A stretch of 64,000 nt of DNA from Myxococcota bacterium (GTDB lineage Bacteria > Myxococcota_A > UBA796 > UBA2385), in NCBI GenBank assembly GCA_044344255.1, contig JBIJDH010000023.1, forward strand, positions 64,001 through 128,000. Reading direction: 5' to 3'. Shown piece after piece: positions 37,935 through 48,781 of this stretch (position 1 is the first letter of the stretch; each line of letters opens with the position of its first letter). A model generated the notes under the pieces. The model saw nothing but the letters and a program-made list of their open reading frames with translations, was not told the DNA's origin and did no database searches. Position numbers and translations under genes: made by a program.

Positions 37935-39098
37935 TCACCGCACGAGCTCCAGGGCCCCCGCGATGCGCTCCAGGCGCGCCGCCACGGCCCCCACGCTCGT
38001 GTCGGGGCCGCCGAGCTCGGCGATGGAGTGGAGCGTGCCTCGGATGTCGCCCTTGCTGGCGGCGGCCACCCCCTCGGCGATGGTGCGCACCTTGGTGTCC
38101 TTCGGCGCGAGGCCGGCGAGGCCGTCGAGGGTGCGGGGCAGGTCTCCGGTGGCCACGCCGCGGGCGACGTTGACGGCGGCGCCGACGACGCCGAGCTGCT
38201 CCTCGATGGCCTCCTGGACCTTCTTGGGGTCGGGCACCTGATAGACCACGCCGAAGTCGGCGGGCGTCGGCTGGCGGTGGGTGGAGAGCCACTCGGCGGC
38301 GGCGGCGCCGGCGGCGGCGATCTCCCCGTCGAGGGCCTCGGGGAGGCCGGGCCGCTCGGCGTGGTTGGCGAGGGCCAGCAGCGCGAGGATCGCGGCCTGC
38401 TCGGCGCGGACGCGGCGGATGTCGCCGTCGATCAGGGAGAGGGCGTGGTTCGTGTCGGCGAGGGTCTCTTCGGCGGGGCGGGTGGGGTCAAACCAGTCGG
38501 CCGCTTGGCCCGCCTGGACCTGCTGCTGGAGGACCGTGAGCGCGAAGGCGTGCTTCGTGAGGGTGGCCGCCTCGGCGTCGAGGCCGGTGAGCACGCGGGT
38601 GAGCCCGTACCAGGCCCCCTGCCCCGCCTCCACCTCGGCGGCGGGGACGCCGGTGGCCGCGGAGACGGCGGCGGCGGCCCCGTGCCAGGCGGCCTCGGAG
38701 GTGCCCTGCTTGCCCGGGACGCGAATGGCCTTGCCCTTCTTGGGGGTGACCACGAGGTCAATGGCATAGGCCTGAATGCCCTGGCCGCCTGGATAGGTGG
38801 AGGGCGCGAGGCGGGGGAGGGCGCCGGCGGTGACGAGGCGCTTCAGGAGGGGCACGCCGTCGCGGCGGAGGCGCTCCGCGGCCCGCACGAGCTCGGTCGC
38901 GTTGCCCATCGCGAAGGCGTAGACGAAGGACCAGCTCTGGAAGGCGTGGACGTGCGAGCCCGCGGAGTAGCCCACCCGCAGCGACTCCTTCAAGGCGGAG
39001 GTGTCGGGGAGGAGCGGGCAGCCGGCGAGCAGGGTGGCGCTCGAGAGGGCGGCGGTGGCGGTCAGGCTGTCCAAGAGGAAGGAGCGGCGGTTTCGCAT
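37935..39098 (-). CDS. Hypothetical helical lipoprotein with twin-arginine signal
   Basis: MRNRRSFL...LLAGC. Confidence 0.72.
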   Translation of the reverse strand: MRNRRSFLLDSLTATAALSSATLLAGCPLLPDTSALKESLRVGYSAGSHVHAFQSWSFVYAFAMGNATELVRAAERLRRDGVPLLKRLVTAGALPRLAPSTYPGGQGIQAYAIDLVVTPKKGKAIRVPGKQGTSEAAWHGAAAAVSAATGVPAAEVEAGQGAWYGLTRVLTGLDAEAATLTKHAFALTVLQQQVQAGQAADWFDPTRPAEETLADTNHALSLIDGDIRRVRAEQAAILALLALANHAERPGLPEALDGEIAAAGAAAAEWLSTHRQPTPADFGVVYQVPDPKKVQEAIEEQLGVVGAAVNVARGVATGDLPRTLDGLAGLAPKDTKVRTIAEGVAAASKGDIRGTLHSIAELGGPDTSVGAVAARLERIAGALELVR

Positions 39099-39146
39099 GC
39101 GCCCGCCTAACCGCCGCGCACGGCGCCGGGTTTCCGGGCGCAGCGA

Positions 39147-39752
39147 TCAGCCCGGGGGGCGGTGCGAGGACCGCTCTTCGAGGCTGAGGACCCGGGCGGT
39201 GACCCGGGGCTGGCCGGTGGAGGGGTCGAAGAAGGGGGAGGGCTGGTGGCGGCCGCCGAAGAGCCCGCGCAGCATCAGGCCGCCGGTCTGCCAGAGGGTG
39301 GAGAGGGGGACGGTGTCGTGCGCGCCGGGGGGCTTGCCGCCGATGGCGAAGCGGCCTTGGATGCCGACGGCCGGGCCGACGGCCTCTCGCAGCGCCTCCG
39401 GGGAGAGGGCGATGAAGGCGGTCACGACGCCGGCGAAGGGCATGCGCGGATTTCCGAGGGTGTTGGCCACCGGCGTTTGGCAGCAGGCGGAGTGCCAGCG
39501 AAAGAGGCCCTTGGGGCTCAGGCGCATCAGCCCGAGCTGCTCGGCCCCCGCCTCGAGGCGGATGGCGGCGGGGCTGGTCTGGAAGATGTCGGTGCCGCCG
39601 TGGGCGTCGAGCAGCCCGGCTGGACCGAGGGCCCGCGCGTAGGTCTGGCAGTCGTCGCAGTAGCAGACGACGTGGATGCCAGCGGGGGGGTGCTGGAGGC
39701 TGCCGCGGAGGGCGCCGCAGCGACACGAGAGGGGGAGGGTGGGTTGGGACAT
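39147..39752 (-). CDS. GFA/CENP-V-like Zn-binding protein (DUF6151-like)
   Basis: CRCG, CYCDDCQ, LDAHGGTDIFQ, RLSPKGLFRWHSACCQTPVANT. Confidence 0.8.
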   Translation of the reverse strand: MSQPTLPLSCRCGALRGSLQHPPAGIHVVCYCDDCQTYARALGPAGLLDAHGGTDIFQTSPAAIRLEAGAEQLGLMRLSPKGLFRWHSACCQTPVANTLGNPRMPFAGVVTAFIALSPEALREAVGPAVGIQGRFAIGGKPPGAHDTVPLSTLWQTGGLMLRGLFGGRHQPSPFFDPSTGQPRVTARVLSLEERSSHRPPG

Positions 39753-39761
39753 GCCGGCAGC

Positions 39762-40433
39762 CTATCCCGCCTCCGGCTCACCCCGCCGTCCTGTCCCCGG
39801 CCGGTCTGTCGCGAGGTCTGCGGGGGTCAGCGCACCCTCGGGGTCGAGGCGCCAGGTGCGGTGGAGCGGGGCGCGGGTGCGCACGGCGGCGTGAACAGAC
39901 TGCAGAGCGGTGGCCGCGGCGGCGCGGGCGGCGGCGTTGTCGGCCTCCACCTGGGCGGCGAGGCGGGAGAGGGCCTCGGCGCGGTTGTCGCGCTGGCTGC
40001 GCTGGCCGGCGGCGCGGACGGCGCGCCCGGAGTCGGGATCGACGGCGCGCACGGCGGTGGAGCGCTTGTTCACGTTCTGGCCGCCCGGGCCGCCCGCGCG
40101 GGTGGCGGTGATCTGCACCGCCTCTGGCCGCAGCCGGTGCTCTGCGGGGGGCTCGACCCGGGTGACCGACACGAACCACCGCTTTCGTTGGCCGCGGCCC
40201 CGAAGGGGCGCCACCAGGGCGTGGGTGCCGAGCCAGTCGCTCGCCTCCGCGCCCGGGGGCAGGGGCAGGCGCACGGAGGTGGGGGCCGGGTCGGCGAGGT
40301 CGAGGGCGAGGCCGAGCGCGGCGGCGACGTGTCGGGCGAGGAGGGCCACGAAGCGGCGGACCTCGATCGGGCCGCGGCCGGCGCTGAAGAGGAGAGAAGG
40401 GCCGCTGTTCATCGGAGCGTCCGGGGGCTTCAT
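39762..40433 (-). CDS. prfH: Peptide chain release factor H-like protein
   Basis: SAGRGPIE, WLGT, RKRWFVSV, RAGGPGGQNVNK, QRSQRDNR; directly downstream of rtcB with ATGA overlap. Confidence 0.85.
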   Translation of the reverse strand: MKPPDAPMNSGPSLLFSAGRGPIEVRRFVALLARHVAAALGLALDLADPAPTSVRLPLPPGAEASDWLGTHALVAPLRGRGQRKRWFVSVTRVEPPAEHRLRPEAVQITATRAGGPGGQNVNKRSTAVRAVDPDSGRAVRAAGQRSQRDNRAEALSRLAAQVEADNAAARAAAATALQSVHAAVRTRAPLHRTWRLDPEGALTPADLATDRPGTGRRGEPEAG

Positions 40434-41644
40434 CGTTTCACCGTGAGGACGGGCCGCAGGGCGGCCACGCGGGCGGCGGCGCCGAAGGAGACCAGGGCAT
40501 CGACGACGGGCTCGACGTCCTTGTAGGCGTCGGGGTGCTCTTCGTAGAGGAGGGCAGGGTCGTCACAGATCACCCGGCCGCCGAGGGCGGTGCGCTGCAG
40601 CGAGGCGCGGGTGTGGCGGGCCTTGACCTTGGCGCTGGCCTCGGTGCGGGTCATCTTTCGGCCAGCGCCGTGGGCCACCGAGGAGAGGGCGCCCGGATGG
40701 CCGAGGCCGCGCATCACCCAGGAGTGGGCGCCGCGGCTGCCGAGGACGACGGTGAGCTGGTCGGCCTCGGCGGGGGCGCAGCCCTTCCGGTGAAGGTAGG
40801 CGGGCTGTCCATCGAGCGTGATCGGCACCACGGTGTTGTGGACGAGGTCGAAGCCGCCCCCGATCTTGCTGCTGCGGGCCGCCCCCAAGGCCGTGAGCAT
40901 CTGCCAGGCGAGGAGGAGGCGGTTCGCGCGGGCGTATCGAACGGCGCCGCGCAGCTCGGCCCTCCAGGCGTCGATGGCCGGGCCCTGGAGCTCATCGTCG
41001 CTCCAGCGCGCGGCCAGCGCCGCGCCGAGGCCGCGGGAGCCCGAGTGGGCGAGGACCGCCATCCCGCCAGCGACGAGGCCGGCCCGGGCTGCGGCGGCCT
41101 TGTCGAGCACCCGCTCGACGAGGCTCGCCTCCAGGAAGTGGTTGCCTCCGCCGGTGGTGCCGAGCGCGCGGCCGAAGGCCTCCGCGTCGAAGGTCGCCGG
41201 GAAGGGGGCGCTCGGGGGCTCGTCGTCGTCGGGCTCGGCGGCGCAGCGCTCGGCCAGGGCCTCGGGCAGGCCCTCGAGCGTGAGGAGGCCGCGGGGGCCG
41301 GCTTCCCAGGCGGCCTGGCAGAGCGCGGCCGGGGAGAGGTCGGGCAGGACGGGGCCCAGGGTGGCCTCGCGGGCCCGGCGCTCGAGGGCGTCTCCGCTCA
41401 TCGAGACCTTGGGCAGGCCGATCAGGCGGGCGCCGCAGCCGGCGTCGCCGCCGATCAGCCGCGGCCGGACGCGGTCGGCGAAGGCGACGGCGACGCCGAT
41501 GGGGGCGTGCAGTCCGGCGTGCAGGTCGGGCATCCCGACCGCGCAGAGGCAGCCGGGGAGGGTGGTGAGGCGATCGAGCTGACGGAGGGCCTCGCCCTCC
41601 ATCCAGACCGCGGGGCCGCTGATCAGGGTGGCGTGTGTTTCCAT
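40430..41644 (-). CDS. rtcB: RtcB-family RNA ligase (release-factor-H-coupled type)
   Basis: GMPDLHAG, GDAGCG, GGGNHFLE, HSGSRGLG, HN, HRKG, AHGAGR, EEHPDAYK; start METHATL at 41644. Confidence 0.92.
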   Translation of the reverse strand: METHATLISGPAVWMEGEALRQLDRLTTLPGCLCAVGMPDLHAGLHAPIGVAVAFADRVRPRLIGGDAGCGARLIGLPKVSMSGDALERRAREATLGPVLPDLSPAALCQAAWEAGPRGLLTLEGLPEALAERCAAEPDDDEPPSAPFPATFDAEAFGRALGTTGGGNHFLEASLVERVLDKAAAARAGLVAGGMAVLAHSGSRGLGAALAARWSDDELQGPAIDAWRAELRGAVRYARANRLLLAWQMLTALGAARSSKIGGGFDLVHNTVVPITLDGQPAYLHRKGCAPAEADQLTVVLGSRGAHSWVMRGLGHPGALSSVAHGAGRKMTRTEASAKVKARHTRASLQRTALGGRVICDDPALLYEEHPDAYKDVEPVVDALVSFGAAARVAALRPVLTVKR

Positions 41645-41656
41645 GCCGAACCTTGT

Positions 41657-41672
41657 TGCAGGCTCCATGCCA
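41657..41672 (-). promoter_or_regulatory. Sigma54 -24/-12 promoter of rtcB-prfH
   Basis: Minus strand TGGCATGGAGCCTGCA with correct GG-N10-GC spacing; adjacent divergent sigma54 activator. Confidence 0.72.
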
Positions 41673-41703
41673 GCCCTGTTCATGGGCGCTCTCGACGAGC
41701 GGT

Positions 41704-41745
41704 GGTGCGGTGCGCACCAGGGATCGGCGGTGCGTATTACACCAG
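41704..41745. promoter_or_regulatory. Two GGTG-N7-CACC palindromes, candidate activator binding sites
   Basis: GGTGCGGTGCGCACCAG (41704-41720) and GGTGCGTATTACACCAG (41729-41745). Confidence 0.55.
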
Positions 41746-41749
41746 CCCG

Positions 41750-43249
<1,500 letters not shown>

Positions 43250-43277
43250 TGCTCCGCCACGACCACCCGGCGTCAGA

Positions 43278-46200
43278 CTACAAACCATGGCCATAAAAAA
43301 CGAAGGTGGCCCCGGCGCCTGTCCCCGCGGTTGAGTCCCCCGGGGCCCCCAGCAGCACGTCGGCATACCCGTTCCCATCAAAGTCGGCTCCCCGACCGAT
43401 AAAGTCGGCACAGTCGTCCGTCGCGCTGTCGGGCTCGAATCGGGCATCGGCCCCGCTGGCGGTCACGGTTCCCGACAGGGGCATTCGATAGAGATAGATG
43501 GCGCCTGAATTCAGGGCCCCGCCCCCGGCGGCGCCGATCAGGAGGTCCTCCACACCGTCCCCATCTACATCTCCGGCGGACTCCACATCCGAGCCGAAAC
43601 GGTCCCCCGAAGAGGTGCCGGTGATGCGGATATCCGCCGTGCTGGAGGGGGTACCGGTGGAGGTGGGCAGGCTCGTCCAGATATAGACCACCCCCGTATC
43701 GGCGACGCTACCATTATTGTACCCACGCACACCGATGGCGAGGTCGTCCCGACCGTCTCCGTCGAGGTCGCCGGGGATACGGATGCCCGAGGCGAAGTGG
43801 TCGGCGGAGGCGCCGCCCGTGACGAGGGCGGTGGCGGCAGCGTCCACGACAAAGGAGCCGCTGAGCCCGGCCGGTACGATGTAAGCGAGGCCGAGGCCCG
43901 TGGTGGTCGCGCCATCTCCCCCCACGACCAGCTCCGAGAGGCCGTCCCCATCGAGGTCCCCGGCGGCGACCTCCTCCCCGAGCTCATCGCCCGTGGTCAC
44001 CCCTTGCAGGATGAGGGCGGCGGTGCCGAGGTCTTGCACCCCGTAGATGGGCCCCTCGACGAGGTAGGCCGCCCCTTTGCTGGTGCCGCCAATATAGGTG
44101 CCCGAGGCCCCGACGAGCACGTCGGGCAGGCCGTCTCCGGTGTAATCTTCCACCCACTGAGTGGCCGAGCCGGCCTCAGCGGAGCCGGTTTGCCCGAGGA
44201 GGATGGCGTCGGCAGCGCCCGCGTCTACGTCGCCCGAGATGCCGGTCCCGCCATAAAAGAGGTAGGTGGCGCTCCAGTTCGTGCCACCGCGGTCGTTGTA
44301 ACGGGCGGCGATCCAGAGGTCACCGTATAGGTCACCGTCGAGGTCGCCTGCAGAATCGACGGTCCAGCCGAGCTCGTCGTTGGCGCTCTCGCCCAGAAAG
44401 CGGACATCGGCGCTCGACAGGGAGCTGAGACCAACAGGGCCCCCATCGACCAGCCAGGCCGCCCCTGCCGAGGTCCCGGCGATATCGGAGCCTCTGCCCC
44501 CTACAAGCACCTCGCCGAAGCCGTCACCGTCAAAGTCGTCGATGCCGGCGAGGAAGAGGCCGGACTCGTCGGCGGCCGACTCTCCCATGAGCTTAGCGCC
44601 GTCGGACTGGAGCCCGCTATAGACCCCAGAGAGGGCGCAGCTGTTCTCGCTCCCATCACAGTCATTGTCGAGGAGATCGTCGCAGACCTCCACCTCGCTC
44701 GGGCTGGCGAGGTCGGTGCTGTCATCGCAGTCCCGGTCATTTGACACATACCCGCTCGGCTGTACACAGTCGACCTCGCTCACCGCAGGGTCGCCGTAGC
44801 CATCAAGGTCTACGTCCACATACCAGGTGGTGACATCGACCGCGCTGTCCTCGTCGATGCTCCCGTCGCAGTCATCGTCGATGAGGTTACAGCGCTCATC
44901 GGCCCCGGGGAAGACGGCGACGGCGTTGTCATCACAGTCATCGCTGGTGGCGGCATAACCGGAGGGCAGCGTACACTGCGTGGCGGTGGGGCTGGTGGAG
45001 CCGAAGCTGTCGCTGTCCACGTCGCGGTACCAGGTGGGGGCGTCAATGGCGTCGGCCTCGTCGATGTCTCCGAGGCAGTCGTCGTCGATTCCATTACAGA
45101 GCTCATCGGCCAGCGGATGCACGCTGAGGAGGCTGTCATCGCAGTCGCCGCTGTCGGGGGCGTAGCCCGGGGGCTCCTCACAGGCGACGCGGGTGTCCGC
45201 GTCGAGACCATACCGGTCACCATCCCCATCGGCATACCACGTAGGGGCGTCGATGGCCTCGTCCTCGTCTACGTCGCCGTCGCAGTCGTCGTCGTATCCG
45301 TTACAGTATTCAGACGCTCCCGGTTTGACGTTCTCGTCGCTGTCATCGCAGTCTTCGTGGTCGGTGACATAACCCTCGGGCTGCTCGCAGGCGAGGGTCT
45401 CGCCGCCGAGGTCGCCGAAGAGGTCGCCGTCCTCGTCGGGGTAATAGAGGTCGGCGTCGGTGGCCCCGTCATCGATGCTACCGTTACAGTCATCGTCTGT
45501 GTCATTACAGACCTCGGTGCCCCCCGGATGGACCGCGGCGTTCCCGTCGTCGCAGTCATCTCCACCGACCAGCTCGTTTACGAAGCCGTCTCCGTCTACG
45601 TCAGACTCCGTGACCTCGAAGTGCAGGAGGGCCTCGGCCGTGCCCCCGGCGAGGTCGGTGGCCTCCAGCTCGATAGACCAGCTGCCGATGACCGGCTCCT
45701 CCCAGGAGAAGGCCAGCTCGCCGTCGGGCTCGAAGCGGTCCGGCGGCACGAGGCCGTCCGGGAGGCCAGACCAGGACAGCAGCAGCTCATCGGCGCTGTC
45801 TTCGGCGTCCTGCCCCTCCAGGCTGAACAGGAGGGGCTCGTGATTGCCCACCACCGCCCCCTCTTCGGGGCTCAACCAGGAGAGGACAGGCGCCTCATTC
45901 GGTAACACCTCGATCTCCAGCTCATCCTGCCCGGACGCGGCCTCGGGATCGACCACCTCCACGCTCAGCGTGATGAGCCCCGCGGCGAGGCCGTCTTCCA
46001 CATCGTAGATGACGTGGTCATCCTCGATGAACATCTCCCCATCGAGGTTCCCACCGGGGTTCACCCGCCAGTAGAAGTCGAGGAGGTTGATGTCGGTCTC
46101 GTCCTCCACCGACACCCAGAGGCTCAGGCTCTGCCCCTCCACCAGGACATCTCCCTCGGAGGGCGAGGTGATCACCACGCCGGGAGGGTCGTTTCGTTTT

Positions 46201-46367
46201 CCCAAGGTCGCGTCGCTGCAAGCGGCCAGCAGCGGGAGGGAGACGGACATCCAGAGGAGGGACCGCCGGAGGCGAGACCCCCGGAGGCGGGACCCCCGGA
46301 GGCGGGACCCCCGGAGGCGGGACCCCCGAGAAGGCGAGGCGGCGCTCGGGGAGGTGAAGCGGGGCAT
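43278..46367 (-). CDS. Lipoprotein with Ig-like domains, MopE-type repeats and FG-GAP propeller
   Basis: LLAAC lipobox; NDPPGVVITSP and NEAPVL..SP Ig starts; DCDD repeats; AGDLDGDG repeats. Alternative start at 46250. Confidence 0.88.
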   Translation of the reverse strand: MPRFTSPSAASPSRGSRLRGSRLRGSRLRGSRLRRSLLWMSVSLPLLAACSDATLGKRNDPPGVVITSPSEGDVLVEGQSLSLWVSVEDETDINLLDFYWRVNPGGNLDGEMFIEDDHVIYDVEDGLAAGLITLSVEVVDPEAASGQDELEIEVLPNEAPVLSWLSPEEGAVVGNHEPLLFSLEGQDAEDSADELLLSWSGLPDGLVPPDRFEPDGELAFSWEEPVIGSWSIELEATDLAGGTAEALLHFEVTESDVDGDGFVNELVGGDDCDDGNAAVHPGGTEVCNDTDDDCNGSIDDGATDADLYYPDEDGDLFGDLGGETLACEQPEGYVTDHEDCDDSDENVKPGASEYCNGYDDDCDGDVDEDEAIDAPTWYADGDGDRYGLDADTRVACEEPPGYAPDSGDCDDSLLSVHPLADELCNGIDDDCLGDIDEADAIDAPTWYRDVDSDSFGSTSPTATQCTLPSGYAATSDDCDDNAVAVFPGADERCNLIDDDCDGSIDEDSAVDVTTWYVDVDLDGYGDPAVSEVDCVQPSGYVSNDRDCDDSTDLASPSEVEVCDDLLDNDCDGSENSCALSGVYSGLQSDGAKLMGESAADESGLFLAGIDDFDGDGFGEVLVGGRGSDIAGTSAGAAWLVDGGPVGLSSLSSADVRFLGESANDELGWTVDSAGDLDGDLYGDLWIAARYNDRGGTNWSATYLFYGGTGISGDVDAGAADAILLGQTGSAEAGSATQWVEDYTGDGLPDVLVGASGTYIGGTSKGAAYLVEGPIYGVQDLGTAALILQGVTTGDELGEEVAAGDLDGDGLSELVVGGDGATTTGLGLAYIVPAGLSGSFVVDAAATALVTGGASADHFASGIRIPGDLDGDGRDDLAIGVRGYNNGSVADTGVVYIWTSLPTSTGTPSSTADIRITGTSSGDRFGSDVESAGDVDGDGVEDLLIGAAGGGALNSGAIYLYRMPLSGTVTASGADARFEPDSATDDCADFIGRGADFDGNGYADVLLGAPGDSTAGTGAGATFVFYGHGL
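46266..46328. repeat. 15-bp tandem repeat x4 encoding (GSRLR)n in the signal-peptide n-region
   Basis: CCGGAGGCGGGACCC units. Confidence 0.88.
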
Positions 46368-46659
46368 GGGCGGGCTCCAGGGGGAGCCTGTACTCCTCAG
46401 GACGACCTGGGGAGGCTACACGGCGGCCACCGACTTGTGCAAGTGCTTGGCACCGGCTTGCAGGCCCTGCGAGGCCTCGAGCTGGGTTGAAACTGGGGAA
46501 GAGGCGAGGTTCTACTCTCCGGCCTCGCGTGCATCTTGGGCGACACGATCCGGGAGGCCTGGCGGCCGCCTTGCCATGGCGGGGCCCGCGGAGGGGCGGA
46601 TAGTCAGGCCTTGTCATGGCGCGCGTGTCACGCGGCGGGCCTTCGAAGGAGCGACGGGC

Positions 46660-47250
46660 ATGGTGGAGATCGTGATCGCTGACCTGACCGATCCGCGGGT
46701 GCTCGCCTTGCTCGGCGAGCACCTCGCCGAGATGCGCGCCAGCTCCCCGCCCGAGGCGGTCTTTGCCCTCGATCTGGACGGCCTTCGTCGGCCGGAGCTC
46801 CGGCTGTGGACAGCCTGGGAGGGCGAGCAGGTGGTGGCCTGCGGCGCCCTTCGCGAGATCGGCCCCCAGACGGGCGAGATCAAGTCGATGCGCACGGCGC
46901 GGGCCCACCAGGGGCGGGGCCTGGGCAAGGCCATGCTGGCGCACCTGCTCACTGAGGCGCGGCGCCGCGGCTACGACAAGGTCCTCTTGGAGACCGGCTC
47001 GGGGCCGGTCTTTGCGGCGGCCCTTGGGCTCTATACCTCGGCGGGCTTTGTGTCGTGTGGGCCCTTTCCTCCCTATGCGCCCAGCTCGTTCAACCGTTTC
47101 TTCAGCCTGACCCTGCGCCCCGCCTATCCCGCTCCTGGGCAGGGCTATGATGGCGGCGATGCGCGCCCTCCTGCTCAGCCTCCTCTCCACCGCCGCCTGC
47201 GCCGATCCAGAGGTCTGCCGCCTGCCCGCGGGCGAGGCGCTCTCCGGTGA
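46660..47250 (+). CDS. GNAT N-acetyltransferase
   Basis: AAGGAG RBS; GEIKSMRT..AHQGRGLG, LETGS, ALGLY..AGF..CGPF; 3' end overlaps the next gene. Confidence 0.85.
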   Translation: MVEIVIADLTDPRVLALLGEHLAEMRASSPPEAVFALDLDGLRRPELRLWTAWEGEQVVACGALREIGPQTGEIKSMRTARAHQGRGLGKAMLAHLLTEARRRGYDKVLLETGSGPVFAAALGLYTSAGFVSCGPFPPYAPSSFNRFFSLTLRPAYPAPGQGYDGGDARPPAQPPLHRRLRRSRGLPPARGRGALR

Positions 47251-48757
47251 CAGCGCTGCGGGCGGCGACAGCGGGGAGGGCGCGGCGTGCCCGCTGCCCG
47301 ACATGACGCTCGTGGGCTCCTGGGAGCAGGCGGAGCTCCCGGCCCGGGCCGACACCAAGCACACCATGCAGGGCGTGGCCCTCGGAGACCTCGACGGCGA
47401 CGGCTGGCTCGACGCCCTCGTCGCCTGGGGCGGCGGCAGCTTCGGCCTGCGGAACGACGGCGCGGGGGCCCTCGTGATCGACGAGGCGATCACCGGCGCC
47501 GAGGGCCCCCTGTCCCCCGCGATCGCCGTCGCCCTCGCGGACCTCGACGGGGACGGCGATCTCGACGGCATGCTCGGCGGCTGGACCGACCTGGTCGAGG
47601 TGCTGTGGAACGACGGCGCAGGGCGCTTCACCGTCGAGCCGGTGGCCGACACCCTGGTCGACACCTTCTCTATCGGCTTCGGGGACGCCGATGGGGACGG
47701 TGACCTCGACGCCTTCGTCTCCGCGGCGAGCGACCACATGAACTTCGAGGAGATCTCGACCGGCCTCCTCGTGGGGGACCCGAACCTCCTCCTCCTCCAG
47801 GACGCGGCCCACCACTTCGCCGTCGCCGCCGGGGCGCTCCCGGAGGACACGCTCGACGGCATGACCCTGCACACCGCCTGGCTCGACGCCGAGGGGGACG
47901 GCGACCTCGACCTCTACGTCGGCAATGACGCCGGCCCCTACATCGATCCCAACCTCCTGCTCGAGAATGACGGCGCCGGCCACTTCAGCCGCCGGAGCGA
48001 CTGCGGCTGTGAGGTCGCGATGTTCACGATGGGGGTGGGTGTCGGCGACGCGAACCAGGACGGCCTGCCCGACCTCTTCGCCACTGACGTCGGCCCGCCG
48101 GCGCTGCTCCAGAACCTGGGCGGGATGGCCTTCGCCGACGTCACCCTCGCGAGCGGCGCCAACATCCCGGCCAGCCCCGAGAGCATGGTGAGCTGGGGCA
48201 CCGCCTTCGTCGACCTCGACCAGGACATGGATCAGGACATCGTCGTCACCTTCGGACAGAGCGGCCAGAACTTTGACGCCGCCAGCGCCGAGGGGGAGGA
48301 CGGGCCCACCCAGCCCGATCAGATCCTCCTCTCTGATGGGGTCGGCGGCTACAGCCGGGCCCCGGCCCCGGGCTTCCAGGACGGCGCCCGCACGCGCGCC
48401 ATGGCCGTGGGAGACCTCGATCGGGACGGCGTGCCCGACCTCGTCACTACGGGAAAGTACTTCCTCCGCCAGTGGCGGGGCGTCGGGAGCTGCGCCCCCG
48501 GCGTCACCCTCCGCCTGTCGGGGTCGAACCTCGTCGGCGCCAAAGCGGAGGTGACCGTGGGAGGGGTGACCCGCTCCACCTGGCACCTGCCCTCGACCGC
48601 CGCCTCCTCGAACGCCGATGAGCTCTATCTCGGCTTCGGGGGGGCCCCGACGGCGGAGTCTATCCGCCTCACCTGGCCCGGCGGCGCCGTGACCGAGCTC
48701 TTCGACGTCGCCGCGGGCGGGCTCATCGACCTCGCGCAGCCGAGCGGCGCCCGCTGA
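47147..48757 (+). CDS. CRTAC1-family (FG-GAP plus ASPIC/UnbV) lipoprotein
   Basis: TAAC lipobox; ADLDGDGDLD and NDGAGxF repeats; C-terminal VGAK.EV...ELYLGFG...IRLTWPGG. Confidence 0.85.
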   Translation: MMAAMRALLLSLLSTAACADPEVCRLPAGEALSGDSAAGGDSGEGAACPLPDMTLVGSWEQAELPARADTKHTMQGVALGDLDGDGWLDALVAWGGGSFGLRNDGAGALVIDEAITGAEGPLSPAIAVALADLDGDGDLDGMLGGWTDLVEVLWNDGAGRFTVEPVADTLVDTFSIGFGDADGDGDLDAFVSAASDHMNFEEISTGLLVGDPNLLLLQDAAHHFAVAAGALPEDTLDGMTLHTAWLDAEGDGDLDLYVGNDAGPYIDPNLLLENDGAGHFSRRSDCGCEVAMFTMGVGVGDANQDGLPDLFATDVGPPALLQNLGGMAFADVTLASGANIPASPESMVSWGTAFVDLDQDMDQDIVVTFGQSGQNFDAASAEGEDGPTQPDQILLSDGVGGYSRAPAPGFQDGARTRAMAVGDLDRDGVPDLVTTGKYFLRQWRGVGSCAPGVTLRLSGSNLVGAKAEVTVGGVTRSTWHLPSTAASSNADELYLGFGGAPTAESIRLTWPGGAVTELFDVAAGGLIDLAQPSGAR

Positions 48758-48781
48758 GGAGGGGGCTGAGGGGCGGGGCGC

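Noticed and set aside
35200..37935. IS, integron or prophage boundaries around the HK/REC-Mrr cassette
   Set aside because: I saw no transposase, integrase, tRNA, att-like direct repeats or terminal inverted repeats by eye.
40535..41749. Apparent long overlap of the rtcB and activator ORFs (841 and 904 aa in the track)
   Set aside because: Family motifs begin at 41644 (-) and 41750 (+); the extensions are antisense read-through, and the gap holds the promoter.
46425..46465. Sigma54-like TGGCACCGGCTTGCA on the plus strand upstream of the GNAT gene
   Set aside because: GG-GC spacing is one base short of the strict -24/-12 spacing, and the reverse-strand match lacks the GG.
47147..47250. ~100-bp overlap of the GNAT tail with the CRTAC1 gene as a functional overlap
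   Set aside because: The GNAT domain appears to end near FFSLTL; the tail is low-complexity run-on typical of high-GC DNA.
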